Shown piece after piece: positions 8,796 to 18,747 of a stretch of DNA of 64,000 nt. The notes under the pieces were generated by a model that was not told where the DNA came from, made no database searches, and worked only from the letters and a program-made list of their open reading frames with translations. The stretch is from Patescibacteria group bacterium. Its GTDB lineage: Bacteria; Patescibacteriota; Microgenomatia; UBA8517. Numbering within the stretch: the first letter of the stretch is position 1; every line of letters starts with the position of its first letter. The position numbers were made by a program, and so were the translations under genes. The stretch is taken from the NCBI GenBank assembly GCA_038062915.1, contig JBBTWD010000016.1, positions 27,522-91,521 of the forward strand. The letters are read 5' to 3'.

Positions 8796-8820
8796 CCCAA
8801 TAGTATAATCGACCTTGATA
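8796..8820. promoter_or_regulatory. Putative bidirectional promoter with overlapping -10 boxes
   Basis: TATACT on the minus strand (8807-8802) and TATAAT on the plus strand (8804-8809) in a 25-bp divergent gap. Confidence 0.55.
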
Positions 8821-10476
8821 ATGAAATCAATCAAAAACCTATTTAATTCACAACAAAAGACTGTTCTTTCCGCCGCGACAATTATTATGTTTATGGTTGT
8901 TGCCAGTCGAATCCTGGGTCTTGTTCGTCAAAGAGTTTTGGCAAGTTTTTTTACGCCAGATGAACTTTCACTTTTCTTTGCCGCGTTTCGCTTACCCGAT
9001 TTGGTTTTTGAGGTATTAGTTTTTGGGACCTTTTCAGCCGCATTTATCCCAGTTTTTACAGGACTTATCAAAAAAAACAAAAATGAGGCTTGGAAGGTGG
9101 CTACAACAGTTGTCAATATTGGATTTTTAGTTTTTTTAATTTTGGCAGGATTTTTAATCTTTTTTTCATCTCATCTTTATGGTGTTTTAGCTCCTGGATT
9201 CACAAATGGACAACAAGTAACAATAGTAAGGCTTACTAGAATTCTGTTTGCGGCCCAAGGCTTTTTTGTTATTAGTTACGTTTTAACTGCAGTTTTAGAA
9301 TCATCACGGCGTTTTTTAATTCCTGCGGTCGCTCCACTTTTTTATAACCTAGGAATCATTTTTGGTACACTAATTTTTGCTCCCAAGTTTCATCTTATGG
9401 CCCCAGTCATCGGGGTTATAGTGGGCTCTGCTCTGCATCTTTTAATTCAACTCCCCCTTTCTTTAAAACTTGGTTTCAGATTTAGGTCAAAAATTTCCAT
9501 TGATGATAATGTAAGAAAAATTGGAAGACTTGCACTCCCCAGAATTATTGAAGTTTCAGTGATTCAGGTTATGAAAACGGTCGAGCTTTTTTTGGCTTCA
9601 TTAATTTCAACTGCTTCATATACTTATTTTACTCTAGGCAACACCATTCAACTTATTCCAGTTGGACTTTTTGGGACATCGATAGCCAAAGCATCTCTAC
9701 CCACACTATCAAGACAGGTGGGCCAGCCAGGCGTTTTCAGGAAAACACTTTTTGATGCTCTATATCAGATGGTTTTTTTAATTTTGCCAGTTTCGGCCAC
9801 ATTGATAGTTTTAAGAATCCCCATAGTAAGGCTTATTTTTGGGACAGATATGTTTGATTGGGAAGCAACGGTCCAAACCGGAATGGTTGTTTCGGCATTC
9901 GCCGTTGGAGTTATCTTCCAAGCTGGTGCAAGTCTACTTTCAAGGGCATTTTATGCCATGCACGATACAAAGACTCCCGTTATTATTTCTATAATCTCAT
10001 TAATTATTAATATTAGCTTGGCATTTATTTTTGTCAAAGTTTTTAGTCTTCCCTCTTGGTCTCTGGCACTTGCCTACTCTATCGGAGTTTTTATACAAGG
10101 CGCCACTCTTTTTATAGTAATCAATAATCGTCTTAAAAATGGTCCGATTTGGAAACTTCTTTCCCCACTTTTTAAATCAGTATTTTCATCCGTAGTTTCA
10201 GGTGTCGTGATGTATTTTATGCTCAAGTTTTTTGATAGATGGGTTTGGATAAAAAATTCGCCGGCCAATCTTCCTTTTGAGAGGTTTGTTTTGGATACAA
10301 GATATGCCGGAAACCTTTTGGCATTAACCATGTTGGTAATTTTATCGGGCGCCTTGGCTTACTTTTTAACTTCTTATTTACTAAAATCTCAAGAATTAAC
10401 TAATTTTTTAAACTTGTTTAAACGATTTTTTATTTCAAGAAAAATAGAACCCATTTCAGACCTTGACAAGGGTTAG
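8821..10476 (+). CDS. murJ: Lipid II flippase MurJ (MviN)
   Basis: SRILGLVR, AAFRLPD, FSAAFIPVF, RAFYAMHDTKTP. Confidence 0.93.
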   Translation: MKSIKNLFNSQQKTVLSAATIIMFMVVASRILGLVRQRVLASFFTPDELSLFFAAFRLPDLVFEVLVFGTFSAAFIPVFTGLIKKNKNEAWKVATTVVNIGFLVFLILAGFLIFFSSHLYGVLAPGFTNGQQVTIVRLTRILFAAQGFFVISYVLTAVLESSRRFLIPAVAPLFYNLGIIFGTLIFAPKFHLMAPVIGVIVGSALHLLIQLPLSLKLGFRFRSKISIDDNVRKIGRLALPRIIEVSVIQVMKTVELFLASLISTASYTYFTLGNTIQLIPVGLFGTSIAKASLPTLSRQVGQPGVFRKTLFDALYQMVFLILPVSATLIVLRIPIVRLIFGTDMFDWEATVQTGMVVSAFAVGVIFQAGASLLSRAFYAMHDTKTPVIISIISLIINISLAFIFVKVFSLPSWSLALAYSIGVFIQGATLFIVINNRLKNGPIWKLLSPLFKSVFSSVVSGVVMYFMLKFFDRWVWIKNSPANLPFERFVLDTRYAGNLLALTMLVILSGALAYFLTSYLLKSQELTNFLNLFKRFFISRKIEPISDLDKG

Positions 10477-10499
10477 CACTCGAGATAAGATACTGCTAA
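10463..10499 (+). promoter_or_regulatory. Sigma-A promoter overlapped by a CIRCE operator
   Basis: TTGACA(10463)-17bp-TAAGAT(10486); TTAGCACTC-N9-TACTGCTAA at 10473..10499. Confidence 0.88.
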
Positions 10500-10501
10500 C
10501 T

Positions 10502-11242
10502 ATGGCTGAAGGATTAACCGCAAGGCAAACACGAGTCTTAAAAGCTATTATCGACGAGTATATTGAAACTGCCGATGCGGTTGGCTCCGAGGCTCTCGAT
10601 AAAAAATATAATTTAGGGGTTTCTCCGGCTACGATCAGAAATGAGATGGTTTCTTTGACAAAATCTAATTATCTTAAACAACTACATACATCTGCGGGTC
10701 GCGTCCCCACCCCAACCGCGATGAAATTTTACATCGATCAACTAATGGAGGAAAAAGAGATGAGTTTGGTCGATGAAGTTAAAGCAAAAGAGGATGTTTG
10801 GGATTCTAGGGCAGACTTAAAGGATCTAATGGAGGAGGCAACACATGCTTTGTCTGATGCCACCCAAAGCCTGTCTGTTTCTGCGCTCCAAGAAGGAGCA
10901 AGTAATAGGTTTTGGCATTCAGGCTACTCCCATCTTTTTGAGAACCCAGAATTTTCAGATATACAGGCTTGTGCAAATATATTTTCATTACTTGAACAAG
11001 GAGAAAAAATGCAAAAGCTTTTTTTTGAGATTTCAGAACCCACCTCTCCTTTAGATATTTTATTTGGAGAAGAATTAGGCTGGCCGGAGTTGACGCCAGC
11101 TGGTATTATTGCGACACATTTTAATGTTCGAGGAAAACCCGCCATGCTTGCTATAATCGGACCATCAAGGGTTTCTTATTCGACACTGATCCCAGTTGTT
11201 AAATATTTTAAGGGATTAATTGAGGAGGTAGCATCAGCATGA
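10502..11242 (+). CDS. hrcA: Heat-inducible repressor HrcA (short form)
   Basis: VSPATIRNEM, HTSAGRVPT, IIGPSR; ATG 10502 directly follows the CIRCE. Confidence 0.93.
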   Translation: MAEGLTARQTRVLKAIIDEYIETADAVGSEALDKKYNLGVSPATIRNEMVSLTKSNYLKQLHTSAGRVPTPTAMKFYIDQLMEEKEMSLVDEVKAKEDVWDSRADLKDLMEEATHALSDATQSLSVSALQEGASNRFWHSGYSHLFENPEFSDIQACANIFSLLEQGEKMQKLFFEISEPTSPLDILFGEELGWPELTPAGIIATHFNVRGKPAMLAIIGPSRVSYSTLIPVVKYFKGLIEEVASA

Positions 11243-11628
11243 AAAACCAACTAGCCAGAGCTCTTGCTGATTATGATAACTTAAGAAAAAGAGTTGAAAC
11301 AGATAAAAACAATTTTGAAAAGTTGGCTAATTTAAGATTAGTGTTAAAATTATTACCAGTTTTAGATGTTTTGAAAAAAGCTCAAGAGCATGTTAAGGAC
11401 CCAGGAATTGCTGTCACCATTAAAGAATTTGAAGAAGCAATAAAAACTGAAGGGATAGAAGAAATAAAAGTTAAAGCTGGAGATGGGTTTAACCCAGAGC
11501 TTATGGAGGTTATCGAAGCTGTGGTTGGGAAAGCTGTTAATACAGTTGCAGAAATAGTGCAAACAGGTTATAAAATTATAGACGGGCCAGTAATAAGACA
11601 CACAAAAGTAAAAGTATGGCAAAAATAA
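11239..11628 (+). CDS. grpE: GrpE nucleotide exchange factor (N-terminally trimmed)
   Basis: [29 protein letters not shown]. Confidence 0.92.
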   Translation: MKNQLARALADYDNLRKRVETDKNNFEKLANLRLVLKLLPVLDVLKKAQEHVKDPGIAVTIKEFEEAIKTEGIEEIKVKAGDGFNPELMEVIEAVVGKAVNTVAEIVQTGYKIIDGPVIRHTKVKVWQK

Positions 11629-11629
11629 T

Positions 11630-13540
11630 ATGAGTAAAATCATTGGAATTGATTTAGGAACAACAAATTCGGCCCTTTCTGTAATGGAGGCAGGACGCCC
11701 AGTGGTTATAGCAGCCTCTGACACCGGTCGTAATGTTACCCCATCAGTTGTTGAACCTATTAAAAATTTAGTGGGGGATGTGGCTAAACGTCAAATGATT
11801 CTTAACTCTAAAAATACAGTTTTCTCTGCCAAGCGCCTTATGGGTAGAAGATTTGAAGATAAAGAGGTCGAAAGAACTATCAAAATGGTTCCTTACGAAA
11901 TTGTAAAGGGTAAAAATGGAATGGCCGATATTAAAATTGGTGACAAAGTATTTACACCTCAAGAAATTGGAGCCAGGGTTTTAATGAAACTCAAAAAAGA
12001 TGCAGAGGCTTATCTTGGTGAAAAAGTAGAATCAGCAGTAATTACGGTTCCGGCCTACTTTGATGATGCCCAAAGGCAAGCTACGAAGCAAGCGGGCGAA
12101 ATTGCAGGACTTAAAGTTGAGCGAATAATTAATGAACCAACCGCGGCAGCTCTTGCATATGGGCTAGATAAGAAAAACGCTCATAAAATTGCTGTCTATG
12201 ATCTTGGTGGTGGAACATTTGATATTTCAGTGCTTGAATTGGGTGAGGGGGTATTTGAAGTTAAGGCTACAAATGGCGACACTCACCTTGGAGGAGATGA
12301 TTTTGATCAAACAATTGTTGAATATATAGTTGATGAATTTAAAAAGGAAAATGGCGGGCTTGATCTTTCAGCTGACAAACAAGCACTTCAAAGAGTAAGG
12401 GACGCCGCGGAGAAAGCAAAAATCGAGCTTTCTGCCGCAGAAGAAGTTGAAATAAACCAACCATACATTACTCAAAAAGATGGTCAACCACTTCATTTAA
12501 CTATGAAGTTGACAAGAGCAAAACTAGAAAGCTTGGTTGGGGAGTTAATCGAAAAAACAATGAAGCCGGTAGCTTTAGCCTTGAAAGACGCCAAATTAGA
12601 CCCACACGATATTAATGAAATTATTTTAGTAGGTGGAATGACAAGAATGCCAAAGGTGGTCGAAACTGTTAAAAATTTCTTTGGCAAAGATCCAAATAAA
12701 TCAGTCAACCCAGACGAGGTAGTAGCAATTGGAGCAGCTATTCAGGGCGGAGTATTAGGTGGAGAAGTAAAAGATATTTTGCTTTTGGATGTTACCCCAC
12801 TTACTTTAGCGATTGAGACTTTGGGTGGAGTAGCTACACCAATGATTCCAAGAAATACCACTATTCCTACAAGTAAAACTGAAACATTTTCAACTGCGGC
12901 TGATAATCAAACACAGGTTCAAATAGTGGTAACTCAAGGAGAGCGCCCAATGAGTGCCGATAATAAAACACTTGGAACGTTTACTCTTGATGGAATTCCT
13001 CCGGCCCCAAGAGGAGTGCCACAGGTTGAAGTAACTTTTGATATGGATGCATCGGGCATTTTGACAGTTACCGCAAAAGATAAAGCATCGGGAAAGACTA
13101 CAAACATAAAAATCACAGGAGCAGTGGGACTTTCCGACGAGGAAGTAAAAAGAATGCAGGAAGAAGCCGAAAAACACAAAGATGAAGATGAAAAGAAAGC
13201 AGAAGGTATTAAAGCAAAGAATAATGCTGACGGCCTAATTGCAACTGCAGAAAAGGCATTAAAAGATGCTGGAGACAAGGTTGATACTAAAATAAAAGAA
13301 GAAGTAGAAGAAAAAGTAAAAGCGCTTAAAGAAGTAGCGGGGAAAGACAGCTCAACTAAAGAAGAAATAGAAACCGCAACAAAAGATTTGAGTGATGTTT
13401 TGTCTTCAGTTGGCCAAGCGATGTATGGGGATCAAAACAAAACCAGTGAACCGGAGAACAGTGGAACCGAAGAACCGAAAACTGAAGGTTCTGAAAAGAA
13501 AAAACCAGAGGATGTTGAAGAAGGACAGGTGGTTGAATAA
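11630..13540 (+). CDS. dnaK: Chaperone DnaK
   Basis: [27 protein letters not shown]. Confidence 0.99.
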   Translation: MSKIIGIDLGTTNSALSVMEAGRPVVIAASDTGRNVTPSVVEPIKNLVGDVAKRQMILNSKNTVFSAKRLMGRRFEDKEVERTIKMVPYEIVKGKNGMADIKIGDKVFTPQEIGARVLMKLKKDAEAYLGEKVESAVITVPAYFDDAQRQATKQAGEIAGLKVERIINEPTAAALAYGLDKKNAHKIAVYDLGGGTFDISVLELGEGVFEVKATNGDTHLGGDDFDQTIVEYIVDEFKKENGGLDLSADKQALQRVRDAAEKAKIELSAAEEVEINQPYITQKDGQPLHLTMKLTRAKLESLVGELIEKTMKPVALALKDAKLDPHDINEIILVGGMTRMPKVVETVKNFFGKDPNKSVNPDEVVAIGAAIQGGVLGGEVKDILLLDVTPLTLAIETLGGVATPMIPRNTTIPTSKTETFSTAADNQTQVQIVVTQGERPMSADNKTLGTFTLDGIPPAPRGVPQVEVTFDMDASGILTVTAKDKASGKTTNIKITGAVGLSDEEVKRMQEEAEKHKDEDEKKAEGIKAKNNADGLIATAEKALKDAGDKVDTKIKEEVEEKVKALKEVAGKDSSTKEEIETATKDLSDVLSSVGQAMYGDQNKTSEPENSGTEEPKTEGSEKKKPEDVEEGQVVE

Positions 13541-13905
13541 ATGGAATCTTTTTTTGGTCTTGTTGAAAGATATAGTTTTTCAAAATCTTCCAGTGAAGAA
13601 AAGGCTTTAAAAATATTGGCACAGCCAATAAGATATTATTTGAGGTTGGAATTGATGATGTTTTGGATCGAAATGCTACCGTCCTTAATTTAAAAAATTT
13701 AGGGAAGCCCTTTAATGGGGAATCGCTTCTGAAAATTATTTCTCGTGAAGTTTGGGAACAGGATGTGTTAAATGATAAAAAGGGAATTTTAATATCATTA
13801 CCAACAAACCATATTTCAAATTTAACAATCGATGATGTTGTTGTTAATTTGAAAGGTAAAGAATCAAACAAATTTGAATTGTCTTTTGCAACTTCATCTA
13901 AATAA
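13541..13905 (+). pseudogene. Probable frameshifted hypothetical gene
   Basis: ATG abuts the dnaK stop (MESFFGLVERY...); a different frame is open from 13597 to 13905. Confidence 0.4.
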
Positions 13906-13941
13906 TTACAAATTTATAATTTCTAGTTTAGAATAAGGGTT

Positions 13942-14004
13942 ATGTCTACAAAAACTGATTACTACGATATTTTAGGTTTAATTTTGGCAAGTGTTAGCCT
14001 TTGA
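13942..14004 (+). pseudogene. Orphan dnaJ 5' fragment
   Basis: [20 protein letters not shown] versus dna[14 protein letters not shown]. Confidence 0.85.
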
Positions 14005-14018
14005 GTTTTTTGAAGATT

Positions 14019-14116
14019 TTACTTTAGTTTGAGGAATTCTTTTTCTGAAGAGTCAGCCTTGTTGATGAAATTTCTTAACAAGCCAGGTTTTACATCTTTG
14101 GTTTGAATGAAGGCAT
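14019..14116 (-). pseudogene. hicA: HicA toxin remnant with internal deletion
   Basis: MPSFKPK joined out of frame to KDVKPGLLRNFINKADSSEKEFLKLK*, directly after hicB. Confidence 0.7.
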
Positions 14117-14117
14117 T

Positions 14118-14378
14118 TTAGGCAGTTAAGACTGGATAAGAAACAGCAATTTTTGTAAAAAATGTTTCCGTTTTTTCTCTTGGAATCTCCAACCCTTCTT
14201 CTTCCATAACAGCAATTACACCTGAAATAGCCTCTTTGATGTTTCTAACTGCTTCTTCTATAGTTTCCCCTTGAGTTGCACAACCATCTAAAGCGGGAAC
14301 GGTAACAATATAGCCACCCTCTTCGGCAGGCTCAAATAGAACAGTATACTCTAAAATATTTTTGGTAATCTTTTTCAT
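14118..14378 (-). CDS. hicB: HicB-family antitoxin
   Basis: YTVLFEPAEEGGYIVTVPALDGCATQGETIEEA. Confidence 0.9.
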   Translation of the reverse strand: MKKITKNILEYTVLFEPAEEGGYIVTVPALDGCATQGETIEEAVRNIKEAISGVIAVMEEEGLEIPREKTETFFTKIAVSYPVLTA

Positions 14379-14384
14379 ACCCAA

Positions 14385-14423
14385 AATTATATCATAGATT
14401 TGGAAACAGATTTTGATATAATT
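14385..14423. promoter_or_regulatory. Back-to-back extended -10 promoters (hicB / dnaJ)
   Basis: Inverted repeat AATTATATCA..TGATATAATT gives TGnTATAAT on each strand. Confidence 0.6.
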
Positions 14424-14437
14424 AGCATTATTAATTT

Positions 14438-15304
14438 ATGAGTGCCAAAACAGATTATTATGACATTTTGGGAGTAGGTAAGACTGCTTCTAGTGATGAA
14501 ATTAAAAAGGCATATAGAAAGCAAGCTCTCGAGTGGCATCCGGATAGACATAAAGATGAGAAAGAAGTTGCTGAAAAAAAATTCAAAGAAATAAACGAAG
14601 CATATCAAGTATTGTCCGACCCAAATAAACGCTCTTCATATGATCAATTTGGCTCAGCGGGTGGCCCAACAGGAAATCCATTTACTGGAGGTTTTTCGGG
14701 GCAATCCAGTCCGTTTACATATACCTGGTCATCGGGTGGGGACAGTAACCCGTTTGCAAACGCAGATTTTGGCGATCCATTTGATATTTTTGAAAGTTTC
14801 TTTGGTGGGGGAAATCCATTTGGAAGGTCTCAATCAAGATCTATTCCTCGTTATTCAATGACAATGGACTTTATGGATGCAGTAAAGGGCATAGAGAAAG
14901 AGATAGAGATAGAAAGAGGAAAAACAAGAAAAATTAAAATTCCTGCAGGAATTTATGAAGGAGCAAGAATTAATTTCGGAGACTTTACTCTTTCAGTTAA
15001 TATTAAACCCCATAAGGTATTTGAGCGCCAGGATGACGATATCTATGTAACAGTTGGCATTCCTTTTTCACTAGCAGTACTTGGAGGAGAAATTAGTGTT
15101 CCTGCGATCGATGAGGAAATAAAAATTAAAATTCGCCCAGGGACACAAAGCGGAGCAATGGTACGCCTTCGCGAACGAGGAGTTCCCCATCTTCATGGAA
15201 GAGGCCGTGGTGATGAATACGTGAGAATTAACATCCTAACACCAGATAAACTCACTCGAAACCAAAAAAGCATACTTGAAGAAATGAAAGAAGAGGGGCT
15301 TTAA
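14438..15304 (+). CDS. dnaJ: DnaJ co-chaperone lacking the zinc finger
   Basis: J domain with HPD, G/F-rich linker, C-terminal domain, no CxxCxGxG repeats. Confidence 0.93.
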   Translation: MSAKTDYYDILGVGKTASSDEIKKAYRKQALEWHPDRHKDEKEVAEKKFKEINEAYQVLSDPNKRSSYDQFGSAGGPTGNPFTGGFSGQSSPFTYTWSSGGDSNPFANADFGDPFDIFESFFGGGNPFGRSQSRSIPRYSMTMDFMDAVKGIEKEIEIERGKTRKIKIPAGIYEGARINFGDFTLSVNIKPHKVFERQDDDIYVTVGIPFSLAVLGGEISVPAIDEEIKIKIRPGTQSGAMVRLRERGVPHLHGRGRGDEYVRINILTPDKLTRNQKSILEEMKEEGL

Positions 15305-15310
15305 ACCTTC

Positions 15311-15339
15311 TTGTTAATTTAGCTTCTTTAAGGTAAACT
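15311..15339 (+). promoter_or_regulatory. Putative nusA promoter
   Basis: TTGTTA-17bp-TAAACT, 10 nt before the ATG. Confidence 0.5.
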
Positions 15340-15349
15340 TCAAGCTTGT

Positions 15350-16450
15350 ATGCAAGCAGCTAGAACAGAATTTTCACAAGCCTTAAAAGCAATCGCTGCA
15401 GAGCGAGGGCTTGACCCCAATGTTATTCTCGAAACCATTAAACAAGCAATAATTGCGGCCTATAGGCGAGACGCCAAAGAGCAGGGTGAAGAAATCGCAG
15501 AGGAAATCGAGATAGTGGCTCAAATCGACTCAGTTTCCGGTGAAACCAAGGTCTTTATAGATAAAAAAGACGTTACCCCTCCTGGTTTTGGAAGAATTGC
15601 GGCTCAAACAGCAAAACAAGTTATTCACCAAAAAATAAGAGAGGCAGAGAAAGGTGCAATTTTAGAGGAGTTTGAGGAAAAAGTAGGAGCTTTGGTTTCG
15701 GGACTTATTTTACGGTTTGATGGTCCAAATGTGAGAGTGGATCTGGGTAGAACCGAGGCTATAATGGAAGCTAGTGAGCGGATTTCAAATGAACGTCTTA
15801 ATTTAAACCAAAGACTTACATTCCTTCTGAAAGAAATAAAGGAAACTCCAAGAGGAAAAGATCTGTTTTTATCTCGAGCCGAACCTGAATTTATTAAAAA
15901 ACTTTTTGCCAGGGAAGTTCCGGAAGTTTCCTCGGGTGCTGTAGTGATTAAAGAAATTGCAAGAGAAGCCGGTGTCAGAACAAAAATTGCTGTTTTTTCA
16001 GAGCAGACCGGAGTTGACCCAGTTGGCTCTTGTGTGGGGCAAAAAGGAGTTAGGGTTCAAGCTGTAACAAATGAAGTTGGTGGAGAGAGGGTTGATGTTA
16101 TCCCTTGGAGCAAAGACGTTGCCGAACTAATAAAGTCGGCCTTGTCCCCCGCAGATGGCCTTACAGTCAAACTCAATGAGAAAGTGAAAGTTGCTAAAGT
16201 GCTTTGTCCGGAGGATCAACTCTCGATGGCCATAGGCAAAGATGGGCAAAATGTTCGTTTAACAGCAAAGTTGACGGGTTACCGAATTGAAGTTGAAGGA
16301 AATGGGGAAAGACTTGAGAAAGAGGTGGAGACGGAAAAAATAGAAGAGATTTTACCCATATCCGACGTTAATAAAATTACAAAAACTAAAGCTAGGAAAA
16401 TTGCTAAAAAATTAAAAAAGGAGAAAGCTGAAGAAGAGAAGCCGGAGTAA
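15350..16450 (+). CDS. nusA: Transcription factor NusA
   Basis: FGRIAAQTAKQ, AREAGVRTKIAV, AIGKDGQNVRL. Confidence 0.97.
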   Translation: MQAARTEFSQALKAIAAERGLDPNVILETIKQAIIAAYRRDAKEQGEEIAEEIEIVAQIDSVSGETKVFIDKKDVTPPGFGRIAAQTAKQVIHQKIREAEKGAILEEFEEKVGALVSGLILRFDGPNVRVDLGRTEAIMEASERISNERLNLNQRLTFLLKEIKETPRGKDLFLSRAEPEFIKKLFAREVPEVSSGAVVIKEIAREAGVRTKIAVFSEQTGVDPVGSCVGQKGVRVQAVTNEVGGERVDVIPWSKDVAELIKSALSPADGLTVKLNEKVKVAKVLCPEDQLSMAIGKDGQNVRLTAKLTGYRIEVEGNGERLEKEVETEKIEEILPISDVNKITKTKARKIAKKLKKEKAEEEKPE

Positions 16451-16455
16451 TATGT

Positions 16456-17790
16456 ATGAAAAAAAGAAATCCAATAGTTGTAGTTTTGGGGCATGTAGAT
16501 CACGGTAAGACTACGCTTCTTGATGCAATTCGAAAAACTAGTGTGGCTTCACGAGAGGCAGGAGGAATTACGCAAAGTATCGGGGCTTCTGTTGTAAACG
16601 GAATTTGTTTTATTGACACACCGGGGCACGCCGCCTTTGGTAAAATGAGGGGGCGTGGGACAAGGGTTGCAGATATAGCCATCTTGGTTGTTTCAGCAGA
16701 TGATGGGATTAAACCACAAACAAAAGAAGCGCTTGAGATGATTAAGGAAGCTAAAATTCCATTTATTGTTGCTCTAACAAAGATTGATATAGTAGGAGTT
16801 CGTCTAGAGATAGTTCGTGGCCAGCTTGAAAAAGAAGGGCTACTCTTTGAAGGTAGAGAAGGAGAGGTTCCACTCGTTTCACTTTCTGCCAAAACAGGAG
16901 AAGGGTTAAAAAACCTTCTTGAAACAATCACACTTCTTTCTGAAGTTAATAATGTTTCAGGCGACCTCAATGCTCCACTTGAAGCGGTTATCATCGAGTC
17001 GTTTAAAGATGCAAGAGGCCCGGTTACCAATATCATAGTCAGAAACGGGAATATTAAAGTTGGGGATCAAATTGATATAGATAACTTATCAGGAAAAGTA
17101 AGGGGAATCTTTAATGATAAAGGAGAATCTGTCCGAGAAGTCCTACCCGGTGAACCATCTCAAGTTATTGGTTTAACCCAAAAACAAGATGTTGGTCCAA
17201 GAAAAGTTTTGGGTGATGCTAGACGGTTGGCAGAAGATGAACTGCCAATTGTATTAAAAGCAGCAAATTCAGGGATACTTGAGGCAATTATTGCCTCACT
17301 ACCCCCTAAAGTTATAGTTGTCGACTATGGAATTGGAGACGTTTTAGGTAATGATATTCTAACTGCAAAAGTAGGTAATGCCTATGTTTTTGCCTTTGGA
17401 ACAAAAATTCCAAATAACATTGCAAAATTAGCAGAAACAGAAGGAGTAAGGGTTAAAAAATTTGATATCATTTATGAGTTAATTTCAGAAATTGAAGAAA
17501 CCTTAAAAGGTGGAAAAGTTCAAATATTAGGTAAGGCTCAAGTTTTAGCAAGTTTTCCTTTTAATAAAAAAAGCGTTGCTGGGTGTAGAGTTTTAACCGG
17601 TAGATTTAATAAGGGTGATCGCTTAATTTTAACCAGAGACGAAAAAGAAATTGGAAAAGCAAAAGCCCTGACAATTAAAAAACAGAAAGTAGACACAACT
17701 TCGGTTGGGGCTAATGAGGAATTTGGAGTAATCTTAGAACCCCAACTTGATTTCCAAGTTAATGATGTGTTACTATCGGTCACAAAATGA
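16456..17790 (+). CDS. infB: Translation initiation factor IF-2 (minimal, no N-domain)
   Basis: [19 protein letters not shown]; 444 aa. Confidence 0.95.
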   Translation: MKKRNPIVVVLGHVDHGKTTLLDAIRKTSVASREAGGITQSIGASVVNGICFIDTPGHAAFGKMRGRGTRVADIAILVVSADDGIKPQTKEALEMIKEAKIPFIVALTKIDIVGVRLEIVRGQLEKEGLLFEGREGEVPLVSLSAKTGEGLKNLLETITLLSEVNNVSGDLNAPLEAVIIESFKDARGPVTNIIVRNGNIKVGDQIDIDNLSGKVRGIFNDKGESVREVLPGEPSQVIGLTQKQDVGPRKVLGDARRLAEDELPIVLKAANSGILEAIIASLPPKVIVVDYGIGDVLGNDILTAKVGNAYVFAFGTKIPNNIAKLAETEGVRVKKFDIIYELISEIEETLKGGKVQILGKAQVLASFPFNKKSVAGCRVLTGRFNKGDRLILTRDEKEIGKAKALTIKKQKVDTTSVGANEEFGVILEPQLDFQVNDVLLSVTK

Positions 17791-18671
17791 ACGATTCTTT
17801 TTCTTCTTTGATTAGCTCTGCCAATTCTATTCTGGTGCTTTTGCCAAGTAAACCGTATTTCGATCAGGTAGCAGCAGGGCTTTCACTCTATCTCACTTTA
17901 AAAGATCAGAAACCAACTACAATTTTTTCATCTAGTTCGATGACCGTGGGCTTTAATAGATTAATTGGTGTAGACAAAATTTCTTCAAACCTTGGAGATA
18001 AAAATTTGGTGATTAAATTTACCAACTATGATGGAAATGGAATTGACAAAGTAAAAGCGGATTTAGAAAATGGAGAATTTATTTTGACAGTTATACCCAA
18101 ACCAGGCTTTAATTCTCCAAAAAAGGAGCAACTATCCCTATCAACTGCTGGGGTTTCTGCTGATTTATTAATCCTTATAGGGGGAGCAAGTGATTCTCAT
18201 TTTCCGGAATTGGCTGACAAGCAGTTGCAAGGAGTCAAAATCCTACATATTGGCACACGCGTTTTGACGAGTGATCGTGGGATTATGTCATTTGCAAAAC
18301 CTGGTTCTTCAGTCTCTGAACTTATTGCCTCCACAATTAAAGAAAATGGGATTCCAATGGATTCTGACTCTGCAACAAACCTAATTATGGGAATTGAGGA
18401 AGGGAGTAGTCATTTTGAAAGTAGCGAGGTAACTCCTGAAACATTTGAAATTTTTGCCCACCTTCTTCGAAATGGGGGTCAAAGAATGCCAAAAACAATA
18501 CCAGAGCCGAAGAGTTTCCCTATGGGAAGTATTCCGACTCAGCCTTTCGGACAAAAAGTATCACAAGTAGATCCGGTTTTAGAACAGATTGAGGCAAAAG
18601 AAGAGATTGTCGAGAATCCTCCACAAGATTGGTTACAACCAAAGATTTACAAAGGGACTAGCGTAAGTTAA
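17787..18671 (+). CDS. Degenerate DHH-phosphoesterase (NrnA)-like protein
   Basis: N-terminus echoes DHH motif I (ILVLLPSKPYFDQVAAGLSL); located after infB; no DHH triad. Confidence 0.55.
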   Translation: MNDSFSSLISSANSILVLLPSKPYFDQVAAGLSLYLTLKDQKPTTIFSSSSMTVGFNRLIGVDKISSNLGDKNLVIKFTNYDGNGIDKVKADLENGEFILTVIPKPGFNSPKKEQLSLSTAGVSADLLILIGGASDSHFPELADKQLQGVKILHIGTRVLTSDRGIMSFAKPGSSVSELIASTIKENGIPMDSDSATNLIMGIEEGSSHFESSEVTPETFEIFAHLLRNGGQRMPKTIPEPKSFPMGSIPTQPFGQKVSQVDPVLEQIEAKEEIVENPPQDWLQPKIYKGTSVS

Positions 18672-18747
18672 GTTTATATGTTATCATTTGCAAGATGTTA
18701 ACAAGGTTTGCTCTGGAATGAGCCTACTTTGTTCCACATGACGACCT

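Noticed and set aside
10463-10501. ORF-track N-terminal extension of hrcA (likewise rpsT to 8834, antitoxin to 45379, rpsD from 61383, rplD from 50501, rplB from 51416)
   Set aside because: Extensions run through promoters/operators or neighbouring genes; downstream ATGs match family N-termini
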